Of a stretch of 64,000 bases of DNA, positions 26,561 through 36,497 are shown in pieces. Under the pieces are notes generated by a model. The model made no database searches and had not been told where the DNA came from. It worked only from the letters and a program-made list of their open reading frames with translations. The position numbers and the translations under genes were made by a program. This stretch comes from an uncultured Planctomycetales bacterium (GTDB lineage: Bacteria; Omnitrophota; Gorgyraeia; Zapsychrales; Fredricksoniimonadaceae), in the NCBI GenBank assembly GCA_964487685.1, contig CAZASA010000002.1, forward strand, positions 3,611 to 67,610, read 5' to 3'. Each line of letters opens with the position of its first letter. The first letter of the stretch is position 1.

Positions 26561-27955
26561 ATGTACCAGTACAAAGGCATGGAAGACACAATTGCGGCGA
26601 TTGCGACACCTTCGGGACAGGGGGGGATCGGGATTATTCGTATTAGCGGCAATGATGCGGTTGCTGTAGTTGACCGGGTCCTTCGATTGCAAGCGAATAA
26701 AACTTTAGCAAAAGCCAAAAGCCATACGGTGCATCATGGCTGGGTCGTTGGCAAGAATAAAGAAATCGTTGATGAGGTGTTGGCCACCTTGATGAAGGCG
26801 CCTAAAAGTTATACGGCTGAGGATGTGGTTGAGATCTCCTGCCACGGCGGGATGACTGTCCTAAACGAAGTGCTCCAAACAGTATTGACCGCCGGCGCAC
26901 GATTGGCCGCACCCGGAGAATTCACCAAACGCGCCTTTCTTCATGGGCGGATGGATTTGACCCAGGCAGAAGCGGTGATCGATGTTATCCAGGCCAAAAC
27001 TGAAATTTTTCTGCGCCAAAGCCAACATCAACTCAAAGGGGAATTATCAACCCAATTGGATTTGATAAGGGATGAATTGATAAAGCTTTATACGATGCTT
27101 GAGGCGGTGATCAATTTTCCTGAAGATGGTATTGATGCGCAAAACCGCCGGCAAATATCAGAACGTCTCGAGGCCCAATATAAAGCCATCGTTAAATTAT
27201 TGGAATCGTCTGCCAGCGGACGCATATTAAAGGACGGTATCCGGATCGTTATCTGCGGTAAGCCTAATGTGGGCAAATCATCCTTACTCAATGCCCTTCT
27301 TAAAGAACAAAGGGCCATTGTCACGCCTATCGCCGGCACCACGCGTGATGTGCTGGAAGAATCAGCGCAGATCAAAGGCATTCCGATCTCCCTGGTTGAC
27401 ACCGCCGGAATTTTAGAGCCCCGGGACTTAATTGAAGAAGAAGCTATCAAGCGCAGTCATCTGTATATCAAAGGCGCTGATATGGTACTTTTGGTTTTGG
27501 ACCATAGCTGTGTTTTGGAAGAGCAGGATTTGCGGCTTATCGAACAATTAAAGTTTGCCCGGGTCTTGGTGGTGGTGAATAAGATCGATCTCGCCGGCAA
27601 GATCGATATGGCGCATGCCAGGAAGGTATTTGGCCCTGCCAATGTGATCGAGATCTCAGCCCTCGATCAGCGTTCAATTCAAAACCTGGAAGAAAAGATC
27701 GTTGGTATGATCTGCCGGCAAAAGGACCTTGATACCAACGGTATTCTTATCAGTAATGTCCGCCATATCAAAGCCTTAGAAGCCGCTCAAGAAGACCTGC
27801 AAAGCGCCTGCCGTTTGATGATCGAAAATACTCCTCTTGAATTTATCTCCGAAGAGATCAAATCCGCGGTCAATGAGCTTGATGCCATCACGGGCAGGAA
27901 CATCGACGATGATCTGCTGGAAAGTATCTTTTCCCAATTCTGCATTGGTAAATGA
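26561..27955 (+). CDS. mnmE: tRNA modification GTPase MnmE
   Basis: 'GKPNVGKSSLLNAL', C-terminal 'CIGK'. Confidence 0.9.
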   Translation: MYQYKGMEDTIAAIATPSGQGGIGIIRISGNDAVAVVDRVLRLQANKTLAKAKSHTVHHGWVVGKNKEIVDEVLATLMKAPKSYTAEDVVEISCHGGMTVLNEVLQTVLTAGARLAAPGEFTKRAFLHGRMDLTQAEAVIDVIQAKTEIFLRQSQHQLKGELSTQLDLIRDELIKLYTMLEAVINFPEDGIDAQNRRQISERLEAQYKAIVKLLESSASGRILKDGIRIVICGKPNVGKSSLLNALLKEQRAIVTPIAGTTRDVLEESAQIKGIPISLVDTAGILEPRDLIEEEAIKRSHLYIKGADMVLLVLDHSCVLEEQDLRLIEQLKFARVLVVVNKIDLAGKIDMAHARKVFGPANVIEISALDQRSIQNLEEKIVGMICRQKDLDTNGILISNVRHIKALEAAQEDLQSACRLMIENTPLEFISEEIKSAVNELDAITGRNIDDDLLESIFSQFCIGK

Positions 27956-27980
27956 GAGACGCCATAAATGGCGATGTATT

Positions 27981-28002
27981 GAGACGCCATAAATGGCGTC
28001 TC
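27981..28002. terminator. Bidirectional palindromic terminator-like hairpin (gagacgcc-ataaat-ggcgtctc), with a partial upstream copy at 27956-27973
   Basis: Perfect 8-bp stem between the convergent mnmE (+) and cvpA (-) ends. Confidence 0.5.
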
Positions 28003-28036
28003 TACGAGCGGAAGTCAGGAAATAATATCAGGACAT

Positions 28037-28756
28037 TTAAATATTATTCTCTGAAGCGGCCCATTTTAATTGGGGTTTTGTTTGGCTGTTATAGAGGGCC
28101 ATGATCTTTTTCATGGTGGCAGGATCGCTCATGATCTGTCGGGTCAGGTCCATCATTTTAGGGTTGCTCATTAGTTTGACAATATCATGGGAATCGATGT
28201 CTTTTTGGATATCCGGGTCCTGAAGGACTTTTTGGAAACGAGGGTCTTCGGCCAAGGTCTTGGCATCATTGGCTGAAGGTGGGGCACTGGCAACCGCATC
28301 AGGATTGGCCGGGGTCGTGCCAAACAGATTGTCCGCGAAAGGCTTGGCCACTGAATAGGAGATTGATTGGGTCACATCGTTGTGGATAGAGGTCATCGTA
28401 TCTCCCCAAGGGGGTAAGGCCGCCACCAAGACCAAGGTAAAGATAATGAAGACCCATCCCCAGGTCAGATTTAATAGTGCGCCGCCGATACGGCTTAAAA
28501 TACTGGGTTTAATATCGACATTGCCGGCTTTTACCACCAATTTAAGCAGGTATTTAAATAACAGGTGCAATAGGAATGGCCCGACCAATCCTATCAGCAG
28601 GCTTACGATCATTTCTTTGGTGAGTAGATAATAAAGGACACTGATGATGGTACCCACTATAATAGAGAAAGGGACCAATAAAGTGAGCATGAATCCCCGG
28701 GCGGCCCCTTGGAAGAGGAATACAAAACTTATAAGGAAGGCGAGATTATCTGTCAT
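28037..28756 (-). CDS. CvpA family membrane protein
   Basis: N-terminal 'FLFQGAARGFMLTL' and 4 TM helices typical of CvpA. Confidence 0.55.
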   Translation of the reverse strand: MTDNLAFLISFVFLFQGAARGFMLTLLVPFSIIVGTIISVLYYLLTKEMIVSLLIGLVGPFLLHLLFKYLLKLVVKAGNVDIKPSILSRIGGALLNLTWGWVFIIFTLVLVAALPPWGDTMTSIHNDVTQSISYSVAKPFADNLFGTTPANPDAVASAPPSANDAKTLAEDPRFQKVLQDPDIQKDIDSHDIVKLMSNPKMMDLTRQIMSDPATMKKIMALYNSQTKPQLKWAASENNI

Positions 28757-28762
28757 GGGTTT

Positions 28763-28966
28763 TTAATGTTCTGCCACAAAGCGCAGATGAACAATATAAA
28801 AAATGACCAGGAACAAACCATAGGCCATCGGAAAGAAAAAACAGAATTTAATGATCCAGGGGAAGGTCAGTTTTAGTTTGGATTTAGCTACTTTTTCCTT
28901 GATCTTGGCATACTCCTCTAAGGTCAGTTGCTTCGCTTTTCTTGCATCAGGAGTTTGATCTGCCAT
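28763..28966 (-). CDS. Small membrane protein, hypothetical
   Basis: 67 aa, co-directional and adjacent to cvpA; C-terminal TM 'FFFPMAYGLFLVIFYIV'. Confidence 0.35.
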   Translation of the reverse strand: MADQTPDARKAKQLTLEEYAKIKEKVAKSKLKLTFPWIIKFCFFFPMAYGLFLVIFYIVHLRFVAEH

Positions 28967-29222
28967 AGTACGGATAGTATAACATTTGCATAAAATGGCT
29001 GCAATATAAATGAGTGAAAAAATAGGTTTTTTGATCTTTAATATTTAATAATTTTAAAACAAATTCTTAGCACTTCCACAAGCGCATTATTATCAGCAGG
29101 TTATGTTATAAATTTTTTTTCCATTTCCATTTGCTTTTTGGCAAATATGTTTTAGACTATAGATAAGGGAAAGCGCTTTCAGGCATAATAAAAATTTATT
29201 CCAAATTACATAAAGGTTTTAT

Positions 29223-29573
29223 ATGGGTGGTGTTGTAAATCAGCGTGTTGAAGCAAGATATAACTGTTTTGTGCCGGTAGAAGGTAAGGCTGGCTCTGAG
29301 TTTGATCAGACTAAAACAATGGATATCAGCCGGCATGGGATCGGCTTGATCTCGTCTCAAAATGTTGGGATAAATCAGAAGATCGCCCTTGAGATCGTCC
29401 TCAAGCCAAATACAGAACCTGTTATGGTCATTGGGGTTGTGAAATGGGTACGTAAGTTGGACGTTTCTGAGCAATACCGGGTGGGTATGGTTTTTTCAGA
29501 GATTATTTCGGGATCTTCAACCCGTCTAGATAAATTTTTTACATCTAAGCGTTGGGAAAATAATAGTTTCTGA
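29223..29573 (+). CDS. PilZ domain protein
   Basis: 'RVEARY...DISRHGIGL' RxxxR...DxSxxG pattern. Confidence 0.55.
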   Translation: MGGVVNQRVEARYNCFVPVEGKAGSEFDQTKTMDISRHGIGLISSQNVGINQKIALEIVLKPNTEPVMVIGVVKWVRKLDVSEQYRVGMVFSEIISGSSTRLDKFFTSKRWENNSF

Positions 29574-29588
29574 TAACCGGAGATTAGA

Positions 29589-29966
29589 ATGCCCACAGCG
29601 TTAGAAACAGCAGGAGAGCGGCGGATATTCGTCCGTTTCCAAGCCCGATACCCGGTAAAATTCAAAGATGCCAATGACGATTACGGTACCGAGGTTTTTT
29701 TACGTGACGCTTCTGCTGATGGTATCAGGATCTTGACCAGAGAACGTTATTTTTTAGACGATCAACTTGAATTGGAAGTCGAATTACCGGATGGCGGAGA
29801 GCCGTTAGTCCTTAGCGGTCATGTGGTTTGGGTAAAATTAGTGAATTTATCGTTGTGGGATATCGGGATCCAATTCTCCGAGGTGCATTTCCTCAAAATG
29901 CAACGTCTTTATAAACTCACCGAAGCAAGTTTTGGATCTCATGGGCTTCATGCCAGCCACTCATAG
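29589..29966 (+). CDS. PilZ domain protein
   Basis: 'RRIFVRF...DASADGIRI' PilZ pattern; tandem to the upstream paralog. Confidence 0.55.
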   Translation: MPTALETAGERRIFVRFQARYPVKFKDANDDYGTEVFLRDASADGIRILTRERYFLDDQLELEVELPDGGEPLVLSGHVVWVKLVNLSLWDIGIQFSEVHFLKMQRLYKLTEASFGSHGLHASHS

Positions 29967-30022
29967 TAATTCGCCAGACATTCTCAGCTGTTTGCCTAAT
30001 ATTAAAATATCCGTCAGCCAGA

Positions 30023-32746
30023 TTGTTTATGTCCCCAGAATCTTTTTACACCTATCTTCCTGATGGAGTGAGTTTTACATCAAAGCAAGCCGCTTTGATC
30101 AAAACAATATACGCTCCGTTATGCGGCACAGATACCCTAAGCCTTAAATCTTCTATCACTCCGTTGTTAAGCGGGGACATTAAACTTGATAAGTTCCACT
30201 ATTTGACCAAACCTGTCTCACGCGAAGACCTGCGTGGGCCTTTACGGGAATTTTATGTTTATATCAAGGATAAAGAGGTTTTAAGTCTATTTAATGGACT
30301 TTCTTTGCCTTCCATTACGATAGGGCCATTATGGCATAAACTTCAGCGTACTGAAAAGAAAACAGGATTGGAAATAAGTGCCGTCAATTTTATTCCGGTG
30401 AGTGGTGAGAATACCGAGTTAATGATGGTCACGGTCAAGAATATTTCAAAAAAACAAATCAAATTCACTCCCACCGCTGCTATCCCGCTATTCGGGCGTT
30501 CCTTGGCCAATAAGCATGATCACGAACACGTGACCGCTCTTTTAAACAGGCCTAAGCAAACGTCCCAAGGGGTCTTGTTAGAGGCCACCATGGCCTTTAA
30601 TGAAGAAGGCCATAAAACAAGTCATGATGTCTATTATGTGTATGGGAACCAAGAGAAGGCTGGCCCCGCCCAGGGCGGGGCAGGTGGTCCCGCTGGTTCA
30701 TTTCCGACGGTGGATAGTTTTTATGGCGATGGTGGTTTGGCCGATCGGCCGCAGGCGGTCTATGACAATTTAAAACCTTCCGCGCTTAAGCCCCAGGAGC
30801 TTAACGGCAAGGAAGTGGTCGGTGCTTTGCGTTTTAAGGAGATCACCCTCAAGCCCGGTAAAGATCAATCGTATATCATAGCGGTGGGGACCGAAGCTGA
30901 TGAAGTCAAGTCTAAGGAGACCTTCAGTCGTTTTAATTCCGTTGAAAAATTCAATCAGGCCTTGGAGGCGAATAAAAAATACTGGCTGGGTAAGGTCTCG
31001 ACCATTGTTTTTAGAACTAAGGATGGGAATTTTGACTCCTGGATGCGATGGGTCATCTTGCAGCCCGTTTTACGCCGTATTTTCGGCTGTTCGTTTTTGC
31101 CTGACCATGATTACGGCAAAGGCGGCCGCGGCTGGAGAGACATTTGGCAGGACCTTTTGTCGCTCATCCTCATTGAACCCCATCAGGTGCGCCAGGATTT
31201 GATCAATAATTGCGCGGGGATCCGCATCGACGGCAGTAATGCCACCATCATTGGGTCTAAGCCAGGGGAATTTGTGGCCGACCGCAACGCCATCACCCGC
31301 GTGTGGATGGACCATGGGGCATGGCCCTTGTTGACCTTGATGCTTTATATAGACCAGAGCGGGGACTTTGATATTTTATTGCATAAGCAGAGCTATTTCA
31401 GGGACCCGCAATTATCGCGTACTCATGACAAGGATATCGGATGGATCAATCAATACGGACATAAATTGCTCGATAAAAAAGGGCATGTGTATGAAGGGAC
31501 GATCCTCGAGCATATCTTGGTGGAACATTTGACGCAGTTCTTTAATGTCGGAGAACATAATATTATCCGGTTGGAAAACGCCGATTGGAACGATGGCCTA
31601 GATATGGCATCCTCGAGAGGGGAGTCAACGGCATTCAGCTCATTGTACGGCGGTAATCTATTGGCCCTCGCCAAACTACTTGAGGACATGGCCGCCATCA
31701 AAGGCATTGACCGCCTGCGGGTGGCCCGTGAACTGTTGATCCTGCTCGATACGTTAAGCGAAAAGGTCAATTACGATGATTATCAGGACAAACATAATCA
31801 TCTTTTCGGAAAATATTTTCACAGTGTCCAGCCCGCCGTAAGCGGGGAAACGGTTGAGGTCACGGTCAAGGATTTGGTCCATGACATCAGGGCCAAGGGC
31901 CATTGGATATTCGCGCATATCCGCCGCCAGGAAATGGTCCAACTTAAACAGAACAACACCACCTATGAGTGGTTCAATGGGTATTATGACAATAATGCCC
32001 AGCGCGTCGAAGGCGTGATCGACCAAAGGGTGCGCATGACCCTGACAGGCCAGGTATTTTCCGTCATGAGCGGCATGGCCACCGATGAAGAGGTTAAGAA
32101 GGTCATTATCAGCGTCGATAAATTCCTGAAAGACAAACAATTGGGCGGGTATCGGCTGAATACGGATTTTGGCCTGTCCCATTACATGGACCTGGGACGG
32201 GCTTTTGGTTTTGCGTACGGCACCAAGGAAAACGGCTCTTTTTTCAGCCATATGAACGTCATGTACGCGGCGGCCCTTTACCAACGCGGTTTTGCCAGGG
32301 CAGGCTTTCAGGTCCTGCGTTCGGTGTATGAAATGGCCAGCGATGGAAAGCGCAGTAAAATTTATCCCGGTATCCCGGAATATTTTGATTCCGAAGGCCG
32401 GGGCATGTATCATTACCTGACAGGCTCTGCCAGTTGGCTGGTTTTGACCCAATTGACACAGGTTTTCGGCGTGCGCGGTTCGCGTGGGGAACTGGTGCTT
32501 TATCCCCAGCTTGTCAAAGAGGAATTTGACCTCAGGGGACAGGCTGGTGTGGTCTGCCAATTCGCGGGCAAACGTCTGAGCGTTGAATATCATAATCCTC
32601 TAAAACTGGATGCCGGAAAGTATGCGATCAAGGAGGTCTTGATCAACGGAAAACCGGTCATTGTTAAGCCAATATCCAAGAACAAAGTCATCATCCCCAG
32701 GTCATCCCTCACCACAGACTCCCTGATCAAAGTCACCCTTGGGTAA
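30023..32746 (+). CDS. Large six-hairpin glycoside hydrolase/phosphorylase (GH94-like, ~907 aa)
   Basis: ~900 aa with an (alpha/alpha)6-type C-terminal region and the motif 'RLENADWNDGLDMA', reminiscent of the GH94 catalytic DWND. Family assignment is tentative. Confidence 0.4.
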   Translation: MFMSPESFYTYLPDGVSFTSKQAALIKTIYAPLCGTDTLSLKSSITPLLSGDIKLDKFHYLTKPVSREDLRGPLREFYVYIKDKEVLSLFNGLSLPSITIGPLWHKLQRTEKKTGLEISAVNFIPVSGENTELMMVTVKNISKKQIKFTPTAAIPLFGRSLANKHDHEHVTALLNRPKQTSQGVLLEATMAFNEEGHKTSHDVYYVYGNQEKAGPAQGGAGGPAGSFPTVDSFYGDGGLADRPQAVYDNLKPSALKPQELNGKEVVGALRFKEITLKPGKDQSYIIAVGTEADEVKSKETFSRFNSVEKFNQALEANKKYWLGKVSTIVFRTKDGNFDSWMRWVILQPVLRRIFGCSFLPDHDYGKGGRGWRDIWQDLLSLILIEPHQVRQDLINNCAGIRIDGSNATIIGSKPGEFVADRNAITRVWMDHGAWPLLTLMLYIDQSGDFDILLHKQSYFRDPQLSRTHDKDIGWINQYGHKLLDKKGHVYEGTILEHILVEHLTQFFNVGEHNIIRLENADWNDGLDMASSRGESTAFSSLYGGNLLALAKLLEDMAAIKGIDRLRVARELLILLDTLSEKVNYDDYQDKHNHLFGKYFHSVQPAVSGETVEVTVKDLVHDIRAKGHWIFAHIRRQEMVQLKQNNTTYEWFNGYYDNNAQRVEGVIDQRVRMTLTGQVFSVMSGMATDEEVKKVIISVDKFLKDKQLGGYRLNTDFGLSHYMDLGRAFGFAYGTKENGSFFSHMNVMYAAALYQRGFARAGFQVLRSVYEMASDGKRSKIYPGIPEYFDSEGRGMYHYLTGSASWLVLTQLTQVFGVRGSRGELVLYPQLVKEEFDLRGQAGVVCQFAGKRLSVEYHNPLKLDAGKYAIKEVLINGKPVIVKPISKNKVIIPRSSLTTDSLIKVTLG

Positions 32747-32748
32747 GG

Positions 32749-33554
32749 ATAAATGGTGACGTCTACCAATTAAAATTTATTTGACAATTTTCGTTTTGTC
32801 AATAAAATCAAACATAGCGTTATCCCCTAACGCTATAAGTCGATACACAATTCCCCCTTAAACTATAGGTCAGTTTTATGCCTCGTTCTGCAAGGCTTGT
32901 TGTGCCAGGGCTTCCTTTCCATTTGACACACAGAGGAAACAATAAACAAAAAGTATTTTATTCCGATGAAGATAGGCGCAAATACCTATTTTGGTTTGAA
33001 GAGGCCTGTCAGGAATGGAAAATGAGGGTACTGTCTTTTTGCCTAATGGATAATCATGTGCATTTCGTTGCTATTGCTGATGAGCTTGATTCATTTGCAA
33101 AAGTGATTAACGTTGTTCACAGGCGTTACGCAATGTATCTAAATCAAAAGAATGGAGCCAGCGGTCATATATGGGAAGGGCGGTATTATTCTTGCATATT
33201 AGATGAGAACCATTTGATAGCGGCTTTACGCTACGTCGAACGTAATCCAGTGCGAGCGCATCTAGTTCACAAGCCTTGGGATTGGATATGGTCAAGCGCA
33301 AGAGAGCATATAGGGAAAGAAAAGGGTTATATTTCTTTAGAGGATGCAGGGACATTTGTTTCTATAGCGTCATGGAAAGAATATATTGATCAGTCTGAAC
33401 AAGAAGAAGATTTAAATGAGATTAGAAAACAAACGATGTCATTAAAAGCATGGGCTGATTTAGATTTCAAGAAATCTATTGAGAATAAATATGGAGTTCA
33501 ATTAATATCTAAACCAAGGGGGAGGCCTTGTAATTGGTAGACGTCACCATTTTA
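32749..33554 (+). mobile_element. RAYT unit: REP-associated tyrosine transposase gene flanked by 22-bp perfect inverted REPs (aaatggtgacgtctaccaatta)
   Basis: Left REP 32749-32772; right REP 33531-33554 is its reverse complement (22/24). The unit is inserted between the GH94-like gene and the MFS gene. Confidence 0.7.
32878..33540 (+). CDS. REP-associated tyrosine transposase (IS200/IS605-like Y1 transposase, RAYT)
   Basis: 'PFHLTHRGNNKQKVF', HuH motif 'MDNHVHFV', catalytic Tyr region 'WEGRYYSCILDE', 'RYVERNPVRA'. Confidence 0.75.
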   Translation: MPRSARLVVPGLPFHLTHRGNNKQKVFYSDEDRRKYLFWFEEACQEWKMRVLSFCLMDNHVHFVAIADELDSFAKVINVVHRRYAMYLNQKNGASGHIWEGRYYSCILDENHLIAALRYVERNPVRAHLVHKPWDWIWSSAREHIGKEKGYISLEDAGTFVSIASWKEYIDQSEQEEDLNEIRKQTMSLKAWADLDFKKSIENKYGVQLISKPRGRPCNW

Positions 33555-33648
33555 CAACGATAAATAATATTGTATAAATGATCTTTGCTTGTTATAATCC
33601 AAAATTTATGTTCATACTTATTTAATAGAATTAGAACGGAGATAGATC

Positions 33649-35082
33649 ATGGAAGAAGTCATGGAGCATTCCCGCCACCATATAACAGCCCCCGAAGACC
33701 GCATTCCTATTTTTCAAAAAGCTGTCTACAGCATGGGCGCCCTTGTTAACCAGATGCAAGCGGCTGCCATTTCCGCGATGGTTTTGGTCTTGAACTTAGG
33801 TTTAGGCATGAACCCTGTCTTAGTCGGTCTGGTGGGGACCATTCCCCGTCTTCTTGATGCCTTTACCGATCCTTTGGTGGGGTATATTTCAGATAATTCT
33901 CGCGCCCGATACGGCCGCCGCAGGCCATTCATGTTCTTCGGGGCCCTTATCTCAGGAGTATTATTCGCTTTGCTCTTCCAGCTCCATAAAGAAAACAGCG
34001 AAATGTTTAATTTTACGTATTTTTTGGTGATCCAATGCTTGTTTGTCGTTGCCTTTGCCTTTTTTGCCATTCCCTGGATCGCCTTGGGTTTTGAAATGAC
34101 CCCTGATTATCACGAGCGCACACGCCTGCAAGGGACAGGGAATACTATCGCCCAGATCGCCTGGCTCATTTCTCCGTGGTTATTTACATTTATGTATACA
34201 ACGAAAGATGTTGTCCAGGGAGCACGTCTGTTGGCCATCATTTTCGGCGTCTTTATCGCGGTCGGCGGTATACTTCCGGCCATTTTTAATAAGGAATTTT
34301 TTGTTAATCCTCCCAAGCCTCCGAAAAAGACCGTTAGGGAAGTATTGACACATTTTACCAGCGGCTGTGTGGTCACCTTCAAGAACCGTCCGTTCGTTAA
34401 ACTTTGCCTCATGACCTTCCTGGTTTTCAACGGCTTCATGTTGGCATCAGCGTTTACCTCCTATGTTATTTTTTTCTATGATTTTGGCGGCGATTATGCC
34501 AAGGGCGGTATTCTGCTAGGCTGGTTTGGCACAGTGACAGCCCTTTCCAATTTTCTCTTCGTTATTCCTTTGATCACCTGGATCGCCACCAAGATCGGGA
34601 AACGTAACACCTTTTTGATCACCATTCCGCTTTCGATCGTCGGTTACGCGCTTAAATGGATCGGGTATAATCCCCAACATCCTTATCTATTGCTGATCGC
34701 GGCCCCTTTCATCGCCTTTGGTTTGGGATCGGTCTTTACTATTGTGAGCTCCATGCTGGCTGATGTTTGTGACCTTGATGAACTTCAGACCGGTAACCGC
34801 AGGGAAGGGATCTTTGGGGCCATTTACTGGTGGATGATCAAGTTAGGCCAGGCAGCGGCATCACTGATCTCCGGTGTATTACTGAATGCGACCGGGTTTA
34901 ATATCATCCTGGGCGCCCATCAAACAGCTCACGCCTTATTATTCATGAGGTTCTGTGACATAGGCATTCCTATAGTAGCTTCATTGCTGGCCATTGGGAT
35001 CATTTTGACCTTTGAGGTCACGGAAGACAAGGCTTATGATATCCGTAAACAGTTGGAAGAAAGACGAGGGAAGGTGATATAG
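33649..35082 (+). CDS. MFS transporter, glycoside-pentoside-hexuronide (GPH):cation symporter family
   Basis: GPH signature 'DNSRARYGRRRPFMFFG'; 12 TM. Confidence 0.7.
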   Translation: MEEVMEHSRHHITAPEDRIPIFQKAVYSMGALVNQMQAAAISAMVLVLNLGLGMNPVLVGLVGTIPRLLDAFTDPLVGYISDNSRARYGRRRPFMFFGALISGVLFALLFQLHKENSEMFNFTYFLVIQCLFVVAFAFFAIPWIALGFEMTPDYHERTRLQGTGNTIAQIAWLISPWLFTFMYTTKDVVQGARLLAIIFGVFIAVGGILPAIFNKEFFVNPPKPPKKTVREVLTHFTSGCVVTFKNRPFVKLCLMTFLVFNGFMLASAFTSYVIFFYDFGGDYAKGGILLGWFGTVTALSNFLFVIPLITWIATKIGKRNTFLITIPLSIVGYALKWIGYNPQHPYLLLIAAPFIAFGLGSVFTIVSSMLADVCDLDELQTGNRREGIFGAIYWWMIKLGQAAASLISGVLLNATGFNIILGAHQTAHALLFMRFCDIGIPIVASLLAIGIILTFEVTEDKAYDIRKQLEERRGKVI

Positions 35083-35191
35083 GGCTCGTCGTATTTTTTG
35101 ATTGACCAACCTTGCCGTCTGTGTTAAATTTTGGGTTCATGTATTTATAGTATTTCTTAAGTATTAAATAGACTCTTATAGCGGAGAGTAG

Positions 35192-36496
35192 ATGCGCAAA
35201 TCAAAATGGCCCAATACCCTGATGACCATAAGCCTTGGGGCCTTGCTTGTCCTGGCCGGATGTTCCCCATCAACCCCCAAGCCCAGCAATAAGATCTTCA
35301 TGTGGCACTGGATGACGGACCGAAATGATACCCTCCAAAATTTAGCCCAGGAATACCAAAAAGAAACAGGCATTGAAGTCTCCATCCAGTTATTTGCGCC
35401 ATCCGATTCATATTCCCAGAAAGTCATTGCCTCAGCCCAGGCCAATGTCCTTCCGGATATTTTTGGCATTCTCGATAAGAAATCCATCGTGGGAGAATTT
35501 ATCAAGGCAGGATTGGTCACGAACCTGACCGATGAGATGTATGCTGACGGGGGAAGCTGGAAGAACAGTTTATTTGACAAAGCCCTGGCAGACAAGCGCT
35601 TTGATGAGGGGAATATTTACGGGGTCAAGCCCGGCATCTATGGTGTCCCCATCGACGTGAGCGATGAGCAAATGCTCTATAATAAAAAGCTTTTAAGCAA
35701 AGCCGGTATCAAGTCTCCTCCCAAGACCTTTAATGAATTCATCAGGGATGCCCAGGCCCTCAAGCGGGTAGGGATTACTCCTTTTGTCTCGGGTTGGGGC
35801 GAGTTGTGGCTCCTGGATTGTTTTGCTTCTAATTATGCCTTTAACATCATGGGCGAAGACAAGGTCTTTGCGACCTTCCGCGGCCAGGTCAAGTATACAG
35901 ACCCTGATTGGATCAAGGTCTTTGATGTTTTTGCCCAACTGCGGGACAAGGGTGTTTTGATCGACGGGATCGTCACCAAGGGCAATAAATACGCCGAGCA
36001 GGATTTTGCCTTGGAGCGCGCCGCGTTTAGTTTTAACGGCTCATGGTGCGTCAATGTTTATCGTTTGATGAATCCCAATCTCGATTATGGGGTCATGCCG
36101 CCGCCGCCCATAAGCCAGGCCTATCCTTTGAAAATTTGGGGAAGCGCCGGCTCTTCTTTTGTCGTCAATGACGGTTCCCCTAATAAAGACAAGGCCATCG
36201 CTTTTTTGAAATGGCTTACCGCCCGGGACCAGCAGGTACAGTTAGCCACCCAAACCAATAATCTGCCTTCCAATAAAGAAGCGCTCGTCAGTGTCTCTCC
36301 GATTTTGGAAGATTTTGCCAAAGGGATGGAACAATCCACGCATCCTAACATATGGCCGATCAATGAAGACCCCTCGGTCAGTGAGGCGTTTGATAAGGGG
36401 ATCCAGGACATTATCATCGGGGAAAAAACACCCGATCAGGTGGCCCGGGAAGTCCAGAAGGTTAAAGACCGGCAAAGTTCAAAAGGGAACCAATAA
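35192..36496 (+). CDS. Sugar ABC transporter substrate-binding lipoprotein (family 1 SBP)
   Basis: Lipobox 'LVLAGCSPS'; SBP_bac_1-like. Confidence 0.75.
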   Translation: MRKSKWPNTLMTISLGALLVLAGCSPSTPKPSNKIFMWHWMTDRNDTLQNLAQEYQKETGIEVSIQLFAPSDSYSQKVIASAQANVLPDIFGILDKKSIVGEFIKAGLVTNLTDEMYADGGSWKNSLFDKALADKRFDEGNIYGVKPGIYGVPIDVSDEQMLYNKKLLSKAGIKSPPKTFNEFIRDAQALKRVGITPFVSGWGELWLLDCFASNYAFNIMGEDKVFATFRGQVKYTDPDWIKVFDVFAQLRDKGVLIDGIVTKGNKYAEQDFALERAAFSFNGSWCVNVYRLMNPNLDYGVMPPPPISQAYPLKIWGSAGSSFVVNDGSPNKDKAIAFLKWLTARDQQVQLATQTNNLPSNKEALVSVSPILEDFAKGMEQSTHPNIWPINEDPSVSEAFDKGIQDIIIGEKTPDQVAREVQKVKDRQSSKGNQ

Positions 36497-36497
36497 G

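Noticed and set aside
36291-36497. 5' extension of the MalF-type permease ORF overlapping the SBP gene
   Set aside because: Basic, low-complexity translation overlapping the substrate-binding protein gene. ATG 36498 directly follows the SBP stop and precedes the first TM helix.
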